This document shows, piece by piece, positions 7,996-15,920 of a stretch of DNA of 64,000 bases (the first letter of the stretch is position 1; every line of letters starts with the position of its first letter). The DNA comes from an uncultured Spirochaetales bacterium (GTDB lineage Bacteria; Myxococcota_A; UBA9160; JAFDET01). The stretch covers positions 9,563 to 73,562 of the forward strand of contig CAYTZH010000005.1 of NCBI GenBank assembly GCA_964442285.1, given 5' to 3'. The position numbers and the translations under genes were made by a program. The notes below the pieces were generated by a model that was not told the DNA's origin, made no database searches, and worked only from the letters and a program-made list of their open reading frames with translations.

Positions 7996-9836
7996 CCCTC
8001 GGCGTTCCCCGGTCGCCGCGCGATGAGCGCCCCGCCCAGCCACAGCGCGTCGAGGCGCGACCGCGCGAAGGTGCGGTAGGCCTCGTCGGCGGTGCTCACC
8101 ATGGGCTCGCCGTGCAGGTTGAAGGAGGTGTTGAGCAGGCCGCCGATGCCCGTTCTCCGCTCGAAGGCCTCGAGCAGGTGCTGGTAGCCGGGGTTCGCGC
8201 CCGGCTCGAGCACCTGGGCCCGCACGCTGCCGTCGGCGGGATGGGTGGCCTCGGCGATCTCCCGGCGGCGCTCCGGCCGGCTGTCGAAGCATACGGTCAT
8301 GAAGGGGGCGTGGGGCGGTGCCTCGACGTCCAGGTAGTCCAGGGCCCGGCGCGCCAGGATCGTCGGCGCGAAGGGCATCCAGAAGTCCCGGTACTTGATC
8401 TGGTGGTTGATCTTGTCGACGGTGCCCGGCCGGCCGGGGTGGGCCAGGATCGAGCGGTTGCCGAGGGAGCGCTGGCCGAACTCGCCCCGACCGTCGACCC
8501 GTGCGACCACCTCGCCGCGGGCGAGTCGCGCCGCGACGCTCTCGGCGTCGACGCCGGGCTGGACGGCGTGGCCGTCCCGCGCCGCCTGCTCGAGCACCCG
8601 CGCCACGTCCGACGCGCGCAGGTCGGCGCCCAGGTAGGCATGGGACAGCGCCGGGATGCGGCCCGGATCCCGCCCGTCGGCCCGGAAGCGCGCCTCCGTG
8701 AGGCCGTAGCAGGCGCCGAGGGTGTTGCTCTCGTCGCCCGGCGACAGGGGGACGAAGAGCTCCTCCACGCCCGGCAGACCGCGGAGCTGCAGGTTCGCCT
8801 TGGTGTTCATGGCGACGCCGCCGCCGTAGGCGACCCGACGCCGACCCGTGTGCGCCACGACGCTGGCGAGCCACTCGGCCAGCCGCTCCTCCACGAGCCG
8901 CTGCAGCGCGCCGGCGACGCCGTCGAAGCGCTGGCCCACCAGGCGATCGCGGAAGCTCCAGAAGAGATCCCGGGGGCGTTCGGCGTACTCGACGGCCAGG
9001 CCGTTCTGCGCCAGGCGGAACACCGGCTCGAACACGGCGTAGGCGCGCTCCACCTCGCGCGGGTTGGCGTGGGGCGCCAGCCCCATGAGCTTGTACTCGT
9101 GGTGGTAGGGCTTCATGCCCAGGGCGAGGGTGATCCACTGGTAGAGGCGGCCCAGGTCGCAGCTGGCGCTCCCGGCGACCACCTCCAGCCCGCGCGGCCC
9201 CGGCAGCGACACCGCCTGGTTGTAGAGGCCGCCGTCGCCCTCGCAGTGCACGACCACCACGTCGTCGCCCCGCAGCGGGCCCGAGTAGTAGGCGTGGTGG
9301 TGGTGGCAGAGGTAGTGGGGCAGGAAGCGGACGCGGTCGGCGGGGATGCCGAGGCCGTCGGCGACCGCGCGGCGGCGGCACTCGTTGAAGGCCTTCGAGA
9401 CCAGTCCGGCCTCCGCATCCATGTCGAGCCCGTCGAGTGCGTAGTGGTGGCCCGGCGCCACCCGGTCCCAGCCGCCCAGCACCTCGAAGAAGCTGCCGGG
9501 ATCGCGGCCCTCCAGGAGCCGCGGTCGCCAGTAGCGCTCGTTCTCGTCGACCCAGTCGGCGATCTCGAAGAGCGCGGGACGCTTGAAGAGGATGTTGGCG
9601 ATGCCCGACGGAGGGAAGGCCTCGTTGACCATACCGACCTCGTCCACCTCCTCGGGGGCGATGCCCGCCGCCTCCAGGCAGAAGCGCGCGGCGTGGAGCG
9701 GGAAGCCGACGTCGTTCTTCAGCCCCGTGAAGCGCTCCTCGTGGCTGGCCGCCACCACCTCGCCGTCGACGCTGAGCGCCGCCGAGGCCATGTGCACCTC
9801 GTAGAGCCCGAGGGCGACGAAGGCGCCGTCCTTCAC
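7992..9836 (-). CDS. Carbamoyltransferase (NodU/CmcH family)
   Basis: HEERFTGLKN, EYKLMGLAP, GGVAMNTKAN, EFGQRSLGNRSILA, KYRDFWMPFAP, LLNTSFNLHGEP. Confidence 0.95.
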   Translation of the reverse strand: MKDGAFVALGLYEVHMASAALSVDGEVVAASHEERFTGLKNDVGFPLHAARFCLEAAGIAPEEVDEVGMVNEAFPPSGIANILFKRPALFEIADWVDENERYWRPRLLEGRDPGSFFEVLGGWDRVAPGHHYALDGLDMDAEAGLVSKAFNECRRRAVADGLGIPADRVRFLPHYLCHHHHAYYSGPLRGDDVVVVHCEGDGGLYNQAVSLPGPRGLEVVAGSASCDLGRLYQWITLALGMKPYHHEYKLMGLAPHANPREVERAYAVFEPVFRLAQNGLAVEYAERPRDLFWSFRDRLVGQRFDGVAGALQRLVEERLAEWLASVVAHTGRRRVAYGGGVAMNTKANLQLRGLPGVEELFVPLSPGDESNTLGACYGLTEARFRADGRDPGRIPALSHAYLGADLRASDVARVLEQAARDGHAVQPGVDAESVAARLARGEVVARVDGRGEFGQRSLGNRSILAHPGRPGTVDKINHQIKYRDFWMPFAPTILARRALDYLDVEAPPHAPFMTVCFDSRPERRREIAEATHPADGSVRAQVLEPGANPGYQHLLEAFERRTGIGGLLNTSFNLHGEPMVSTADEAYRTFARSRLDALWLGGALIARRPGNAEG

Positions 9837-10945
9837 GGCCGGGCCTCCGCTCGGTCGTCGACCGGGCGTGCGGCGGGCGGCTCGGCCGGCTCGTAGCGGA
9901 CGAACATGTCCCAGGACAGGGGCTCGTCCTCGCCCACGTCGCGTACCGCCCGCGCCCCGATCACGACATCGGCGAGCTCGGTGGGAATGCCGGTGCCCGG
10001 CCGCTTCACGGCGATCATGTCGGCCCGGACGCGCTCCCCGCGCCGGATGGCGCGGGCGGCGCACAGACTGCGCCGGCCGATGCGCTTCATCGGCTGCTCC
10101 GCCGCGGTGCAGGTCTTGAAGGGGCTTCCCAGCATGGCCTCGATGGCGTCGCGCGCCTCCACCAGCTCGCGCAGCTGCGTCGGCGTGAGCGAGAAGTGGT
10201 GGTCGGGGCCGGGCAGGGTCTGGTCCACGGTGAAGTGCTTCTCCACCAGGTTGGCGCCCACGGCCAGGGCCACCCGGGTGACCTCGTTCCCGGGCGTGTG
10301 GTCCGAGAAGCCCACGGGACAGCCGAAGGTGCGCTTCAGGGTCTCGATCACCCGCAGGTTGCAGTCGGCGGCGTCGGTCGGGTAGTTCGAGACGCAGTGG
10401 AGCAGGATCACCCGTTCGCTGCCGCCCAGGGCCTCGAGCGCCTTCTCGATATCACCGAGGCTCGACATGCCGGTGGACAGGATCACGGGCCGACCCGTCT
10501 CGGCCACCCTCCGGAGCAGCGGGAAGTGGGTCATCTCGAAGGAGGCGATCTTGTAGGCCGGGACGCCCGCCCGCTCCAGCAGGTCCACGTCGCCCAGGCC
10601 GAAGGGCGTGGACAGGAACGGGATCCCGACCTCCCGGCAGTGCTCGACGATCCGCGGCTGCAGCGCGTACGGGAGCTCCGTCCGGGCGATCAGGTCGTAC
10701 ATGGTGGCATCGGCCCCGGCGCCCATCTTCTCGCGGAAGTGCTCCATCATGGGCGTGTGCTTCGAGTACAGCTCGTCCGCGGTGTAGGTCTGGAACTTCA
10801 CCGCGTCGGCCCGGGCCGCGGCGGCCACGTCGACCAGCTGCAGCGCCAGGTCGAGCCGCTGGTTGTGGTTGCAGCCCGCCTCGGCCAGCACGAAGCAGGG
10901 GTGGCCGTCGCCGACCGGACGCTCGCCGATCATCACCGGCTGCAT
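9833..10945 (-). CDS. neuB: N-acetylneuraminate/pseudaminate/legionaminate synthase family (NeuB/PseI/SpsE) with SAF domain
   Basis: AEAGCNHN, AVKFQTY, STPF, KIASFE, LHCVSNYP, GFSDHT, EKHFT, GPDH, C-terminal RRSL..KRPGTG. Confidence 0.95.
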   Translation of the reverse strand: MQPVMIGERPVGDGHPCFVLAEAGCNHNQRLDLALQLVDVAAAARADAVKFQTYTADELYSKHTPMMEHFREKMGAGADATMYDLIARTELPYALQPRIVEHCREVGIPFLSTPFGLGDVDLLERAGVPAYKIASFEMTHFPLLRRVAETGRPVILSTGMSSLGDIEKALEALGGSERVILLHCVSNYPTDAADCNLRVIETLKRTFGCPVGFSDHTPGNEVTRVALAVGANLVEKHFTVDQTLPGPDHHFSLTPTQLRELVEARDAIEAMLGSPFKTCTAAEQPMKRIGRRSLCAARAIRRGERVRADMIAVKRPGTGIPTELADVVIGARAVRDVGEDEPLSWDMFVRYEPAEPPAARPVDDRAEARP

Positions 10946-11667
10946 GGGTGTACCTCCTCGAGTTCGGGTGAGACCGCGTCCCAGGCGGCGATCGTGTCGG
11001 CCAGGGAGGTCGATCCCTCGGGCAGGCGGGCGTAGAGGGCCCGCATGCGCCGGAAGTCCGCCGCCGTGTCCACCGAGATCCGCACGTCGGGACGGTCGAG
11101 ACCCGGGGGCGCCGGCGGCACGCCGAGGCGGAACGCCGTCGGACGCTCGGTCGCGTACAGGAAGACGTGCTCGCGGTAGCGGGCCGGGCCGTCTTCGGTC
11201 GCCGCGTCGATGCGCTCCAGGCAGGCCCGGGATCCCACCTCGGCGCCGGCGCCGAAGGGGAGGCGACACGACGGCAGGAAGCTCGAGCACACGTCGAGCC
11301 GGCGCGCCGCGCGCTCGCGGATGCCCAGCTCCACGGTCCGGGGATCCAGCGCCGGGTTGTCGGCACACACCCGCACCAGCACGTCCGCCGACTCGCGCCG
11401 CATCACGCCGAGCAGGCGGCCGAGCACGTCGTGCTCGCTGCCCCGGTGCAGGCGCCAGCCGCGGCGCGCGGCGAGTGCGGCGATGGCGTCGTCTCGCGGG
11501 CGGTCGGAGGTGGCGAGCCAGATCGCGTCGAGGCCGCGGCAGCGCTCGAGGCGCCGCCACACGTGCACCAGGGCCGGCTCGCCGCGCAGGGTGCGCAGGA
11601 CCTTGCCGGGCAGCCGGGTCGAGCCCATGCGGGCCTGCACCACGCCGATCGTGCGCGCCGCCGCCAT
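10933..11667 (-). CDS. spsF: SpsF-type acylneuraminate cytidylyltransferase family protein
   Basis: QARMGSTRLPGKVL, GSEHDVLGR, VRVCADNP, REHV, ISVDTAADF. Confidence 0.93.
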   Translation of the reverse strand: MAAARTIGVVQARMGSTRLPGKVLRTLRGEPALVHVWRRLERCRGLDAIWLATSDRPRDDAIAALAARRGWRLHRGSEHDVLGRLLGVMRRESADVLVRVCADNPALDPRTVELGIRERAARRLDVCSSFLPSCRLPFGAGAEVGSRACLERIDAATEDGPARYREHVFLYATERPTAFRLGVPPAPPGLDRPDVRISVDTAADFRRMRALYARLPEGSTSLADTIAAWDAVSPELEEVHPCSR

Positions 11668-12434
11668 CAGGGCCGCGCCTCGGCCGCGGGCGGGTGCGCC
11701 GATCCCGTGGAGACCCGGGCGCGCCAGGCCGGATCCCGCCCCGCCCGCAAGAGCGACCGGGCTCCCTCGCCGTGCCAGAAGAGCGCATCCAGGGCGCACA
11801 GGTGCGACACGAACGCTCGCTCGCCCGTGGAGTAGGTGGGATGCCGGTAGTCCTGGAACACGAAGCCGATGCCCCGCCGCCAGAAACGGGCCGGCTGGAT
11901 GTAGGGGCGGGAGCCCTCGTTGGCCAGGTAGACGTCGGCGTCCACGGCCTCGCAGATCGCCGCCAGGCGCTCGTCGCGGCGTCCGGGAACCCCGAGGCTC
12001 GACGCGAGCACGAGGTTGTCGGCCACGCCGAAGGCCTCGGCGAGGAAGCGGATCGAGGCCAGATTGAGGTCGACCAGGCGCTGCCACGGTCGGGCGAGCA
12101 GGGCTTCGACCCGCGGATACCAGCGGGCGAAGGCCGGCGCCTCGGCGTAGGCCGCCCGCAGCTGGGCGCACGCCCGCGCCGCCCACGGCGCGCCAGCGTC
12201 GATCTCCACCTCGCAGAGGGGCGTGTCCCGGGCGCAGCGCCGGACCGGCACGCGCAGCCACGCCCAGCCCTCGGCCGACTGGCTGGCGACGCGGTTGCGG
12301 TTCATCCACTCCCGCCGCACGTACTGGGCGTCGTCGAGCATCACGAACGCGTCCGCTCGATCGGCCATCTCGAGGTAGCCGAGCCAGGGCAGGAAGTTGG
12401 GCTGGCAGGCCGCGACGACCCGGAGCTCGCCCAC
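11667..12434 (-). CDS. WbqC family protein
   Basis: QPNFLPWLGY, DDAQY, WMNRNR, Y..APAF, LCALDALF. Confidence 0.92.
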   Translation of the reverse strand: MGELRVVAACQPNFLPWLGYLEMADRADAFVMLDDAQYVRREWMNRNRVASQSAEGWAWLRVPVRRCARDTPLCEVEIDAGAPWAARACAQLRAAYAEAPAFARWYPRVEALLARPWQRLVDLNLASIRFLAEAFGVADNLVLASSLGVPGRRDERLAAICEAVDADVYLANEGSRPYIQPARFWRRGIGFVFQDYRHPTYSTGERAFVSHLCALDALFWHGEGARSLLRAGRDPAWRARVSTGSAHPPAAEARP

Positions 12435-12443
12435 GTCGGCACC

Positions 12444-14069
12444 TCACGGGGTGGGCGGCCCGGCCGGGGCCGGAAGCCGCGTGCGTCGGCCGCGTGCGCG
12501 GCCGAGCTGTCCCACCACCTTCTCGTATCCCATCTCCCACGGCGTCGTCTTCCAGTCCTCGCAGGAGAAGCAGAGCGAGCCGCAGTCGATGCGGTCGTTG
12601 AGGTGCTGCAGGCGGTGGTCGCGGTAGAAGGCGCTCTGCCAGGCCTCCGCGATGGTCGTCTCCGAGAGGTGTCGGTAGATCGACTCGCCCTTCCAGTCGA
12701 TGGGGCAGGCCTTCAGGCTGCCATCGAAGTTGACCACCACCCGGCGGAACCAGTGGGGGCAGGGCCAGCGGCGCGACGGGCGCGTCGCGTTGCTCACCTC
12801 CACCGTGTTGACGTTGGAGGTGAGCTCGCGCACCAGCACCTTGTCGACGCGTCCCTCCCAGTGGGCCACGAAGGCGTCGCGCTCGGCGCGGTTGGCCTCC
12901 TGCTCCACGAAGCTCACCATCACCCGCAGTGGGGCGGCGAGGGCGTCGCGGGCGTCCAGCAGGTGCTGCACCGAGGCCTGGGTGCGGTCGTAGTCGAGCC
13001 CCACCCGGATCCGCTCGAAGGTCTCGCGGTGGAGGGCGTCGAGGGAGACGTCGACCATGAACAGGCCGGCCCGCACCAGGCGCTCGGCCTTCTCCCGGGT
13101 GAGGAGCGAGCCGTTGGTGGTGAGGGCCACGGGGCCCACGTCCGCCGCCACGGCGTACTCGACCATGTCGAACAGATGCCGGTGGATCAGCGGCTCGCCG
13201 TCGGCGGTGATGCGGACGAGCTGGAGGCGTCGCCCCCGACATTCGTCGATGGCCTTGCGGAAGATCGCGAAGTCCAGGTGCCCCGGGCGGTGGTCGTTGT
13301 CGGCGTAGAGGGTGGACTGGGGGCAGTGGACGCACTTGGCGTTGCATTTGTTGGTGATGTCGAACATCAGGTAGTTCGGGAACTCGCCTCCCTCGGGCGT
13401 CTCGAAGCCCCAGGCCGCCGGCATGCGTCGCTCGTCGGTGCGCGGTGCGGCCGCCTCCGGGGCGTAGCGGGGCAGGGCGCGGGTGCCGGCGGCGGCGAGG
13501 CGGAGCAGCGTGCGGGCCGGCGTCCCGACGAAGGGGGCGAGGGGCTCGGCATAGCGCAGGTCCAGGGTCGCGGCCTCGGCGCCGGTCCAGGGCGTCTCGT
13601 CGTGGTGGATGCGGAAGCGACCGGGATGCGACCGGACGAAGGCGAAGTGCGCCTCCGGCGTGCGGGCTCCGCTCTCGCGGAGACTCCGCGGCCGGAAGGT
13701 CCGCACGCCCAGGCCCACGGGCAGCCGGCAGTGCTCCCACTGGGTGAAGTAGTCGACCTCGGGGCCGCGCTTCCGGGCCGTCTCCACGCATTCGGGGAGG
13801 AGGAACACCTGGCGCCCGTCGATCCAGCACAGGACGGCGTCGTCGGGCACCCCGTGGGCCCGCAGGGCCTCGCGCAGGTCGCCGTGGGCCCGGCCGGGCG
13901 TGCCGGGCCAGTGTCGGCCCCGGGCGTCGAAGAGGATCAGGCCCTCGGCGGGAAGGATCGCCAGGCGCTCCCAGAAGCCGGAGCGCTCCCAGACGGGGGC
14001 CAGTTCGGGCCCGGTTTCGCCGAGGTCCACGAGCAGGTACACGGGTTCCGCTCCTCCGTCGAGCTGCAT
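12444..14069 (-). CDS. Radical SAM/SPASM protein with N-terminal degenerate cytidylyltransferase-like domain
   Basis: CNAKCVHC (CxxxCxxC), DGEPLIH, TTNGSLL, SPASM-like CPHW..ACP..CFSC; N-terminal region resembles neighbouring SpsF (CRLPxGxG). Confidence 0.9.
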   Translation of the reverse strand: MQLDGGAEPVYLLVDLGETGPELAPVWERSGFWERLAILPAEGLILFDARGRHWPGTPGRAHGDLREALRAHGVPDDAVLCWIDGRQVFLLPECVETARKRGPEVDYFTQWEHCRLPVGLGVRTFRPRSLRESGARTPEAHFAFVRSHPGRFRIHHDETPWTGAEAATLDLRYAEPLAPFVGTPARTLLRLAAAGTRALPRYAPEAAAPRTDERRMPAAWGFETPEGGEFPNYLMFDITNKCNAKCVHCPQSTLYADNDHRPGHLDFAIFRKAIDECRGRRLQLVRITADGEPLIHRHLFDMVEYAVAADVGPVALTTNGSLLTREKAERLVRAGLFMVDVSLDALHRETFERIRVGLDYDRTQASVQHLLDARDALAAPLRVMVSFVEQEANRAERDAFVAHWEGRVDKVLVRELTSNVNTVEVSNATRPSRRWPCPHWFRRVVVNFDGSLKACPIDWKGESIYRHLSETTIAEAWQSAFYRDHRLQHLNDRIDCGSLCFSCEDWKTTPWEMGYEKVVGQLGRARGRRTRLPAPAGPPTP

Positions 14070-14085
14070 GCGGGTTGCGCGCTCG

Positions 14086-14120
14086 TGAAGCTCATCGGAG
14101 GCAGGGCGACCCGGCCCGAG
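14086..14120 (-). promoter_or_regulatory. Putative promoter CTCGGG-N15-TCCGATGAGCTTCA at the head of the NulO operon
   Basis: 14-mer identical to 4354-4367; sigma28-like core and spacing. Confidence 0.5.
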
Positions 14121-14142
14121 GGGTGAACCCCCGAGCCGGCGC

Positions 14143-14841
14143 TCAGGGGTTCCGGGGATCCGGGGAGATGTCGACGACCAGACCGCTGTGGTCGGCGCCG
14201 AGGTCCACGGTGCGGACGGCGTCCACCTGGAGACCGGCGACGAAGGCGTGATCGATCCGGAGCAGCCTCGGCGCATCGGGCCCGGGCCCCCAGGTCGGCT
14301 CCGGGCGTCGCCCTTCGCGCCGGGCCACCTGCGCCGCGGCGTCGTCCAGGCGCCGCGCGATCTGGCGGTAGACGCCAAAGAGCGGGGTGGCGTTGAGGTC
14401 CCCCACCAGCAGGCGGCGCGCGTCGGGGCTGGCGTCGAGGTAGGCCAGGAGCGCGCGGAGCATGGCGCGCCGGATCCGGTTCTTGGTCCAGTAGGGCCAG
14501 ACGTGGGCGCCCATGATGTGGACGCCGAGGATCTCCACCGGACTCCGCAGCTCGGGCCAGTCGACCGGCTCGAGCACGGCGGCGTGGGCGTCGCGGTAGG
14601 ACAGGCTCACCCGGGCCAGGCGCGCGGGCCGACGCAGCGCGATGCCCGCCCCGTTGAAGTCGGTCGCCGGCTCGAGGCGGCCGTGGGGCAGGAGCGCCTC
14701 CAGGGCGCACGCCTGGGCGGGGGCCAGCTCCTGGGCGGCCACCACGTCGACCTCGAGGCGCTCGACGACCTCCGCCAGCCCGGCCGGATCGGCCTTGCCG
14801 TTCCAGACGTTTGCGGTGAGTACGCGGATGCGACCGCCCAC
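14143..14841 (-). CDS. Endonuclease/exonuclease/phosphatase family protein (start uncertain)
   Basis: VLTANV, DVVAAQEL, VGDLNATP, RIDHAF, ADHSGLVV. Confidence 0.88.
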   Translation of the reverse strand: MGGRIRVLTANVWNGKADPAGLAEVVERLEVDVVAAQELAPAQACALEALLPHGRLEPATDFNGAGIALRRPARLARVSLSYRDAHAAVLEPVDWPELRSPVEILGVHIMGAHVWPYWTKNRIRRAMLRALLAYLDASPDARRLLVGDLNATPLFGVYRQIARRLDDAAAQVARREGRRPEPTWGPGPDAPRLLRIDHAFVAGLQVDAVRTVDLGADHSGLVVDISPDPRNP

Positions 14842-15044
14842 GCTGCGCCCCTCCCGGCCCCGCTCGTCTTCGGCACGCGCCGGGCTCGGCCGTAGCGGCC
14901 GCACGGTAGCCGGATCCCCCCAGGGCAGCACCCGCGGCCAGCCGACCCATCCGGTCGACCCCGGGCTCCCCGTGTGGTACTCGTCCTGCCACCTGGAGTC
15001 GCCCCACCGGGTCCATAATCACCTTTGACGATGAGGGTTTTGTC

Positions 15045-15920
15045 GTGGCCGCGGCCGCCGTGCAGAGTCTGCGCAGCTACGCCTCGCTCACCAAGCCGCG
15101 GGTGCTGCTGCTGGTGATCTTCAGCGGGGTGCCGGTGCTGGCGATGGCCGCCGGCGGCTGGCCCTCGCCGGCCTTCTGCGTTGCGGTGCTGCTCGGCATC
15201 ACCCTCGCGGCCGGCGCGGCCAACACCTTCAACTGCTACGTGGAGCGCGAGCGGGACGCCCTCATGGCGCGCACGCGGAGCCGACCGCTCCCGGCCTCCC
15301 AGCTCGCCCCGGGCCGGGCCCTCGCCTTCGGCTGGCTGCTCTCGGCGGTCTCCACGGCGCTCCTGTGGGCCGTGGGCGGGCCGGTCGCCGCCGCCCTGGG
15401 CGTGGCGAGCATCCTCTTCTACGTCTTCGTCTACACGGTCTGGCTCAAGCCCCGGTCCACCTGGAACGCCGTGGTGGGCGGCGCGGCCGGCGCCGCGGCG
15501 CCCCTCATCGCGGATGCCGCCGTCCACGGCAGCGTGACCGCCGCCGGCTGGCTGCTCTTCGCCATCGTCTTCTTCTGGCAGCCGCCCCACGTGTGGGCCA
15601 TCGCGCTCTTCCGCAAGCGCGACTACGCGGCCGCGGGCATTCCCATGCTCCCGAACGCCATCGGCGACGGCCCCACCCGCGCCACCATGCTGCTCTGCAC
15701 CCTCGCCCTGGTCCCGGTCACCCTGGCGCCGGTCGGCCTCGGCCTGCTGGGCGGTGTCTACCTGGCCGTCGCGCTCGTGCTCAATGCCTGGTTCGTCTGG
15801 CACGGGGTCCGGCTGCTGCGGGAGTCGACCCCCGGCGCGGCCCGCCGCGTCTTCCAGGTGTCGATGCTCTACCTGTTCGCGCTCCTCGGCGCGATGATCC
15901 TCGACCGCCTGCTCGCCTAG
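15045..15920 (+). CDS. cyoE: Protoheme IX farnesyltransferase (heme o synthase)
   Basis: [44 protein letters not shown]. Confidence 0.96.
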   Translation: MAAAAVQSLRSYASLTKPRVLLLVIFSGVPVLAMAAGGWPSPAFCVAVLLGITLAAGAANTFNCYVERERDALMARTRSRPLPASQLAPGRALAFGWLLSAVSTALLWAVGGPVAAALGVASILFYVFVYTVWLKPRSTWNAVVGGAAGAAAPLIADAAVHGSVTAAGWLLFAIVFFWQPPHVWAIALFRKRDYAAAGIPMLPNAIGDGPTRATMLLCTLALVPVTLAPVGLGLLGGVYLAVALVLNAWFVWHGVRLLRESTPGAARRVFQVSMLYLFALLGAMILDRLLA

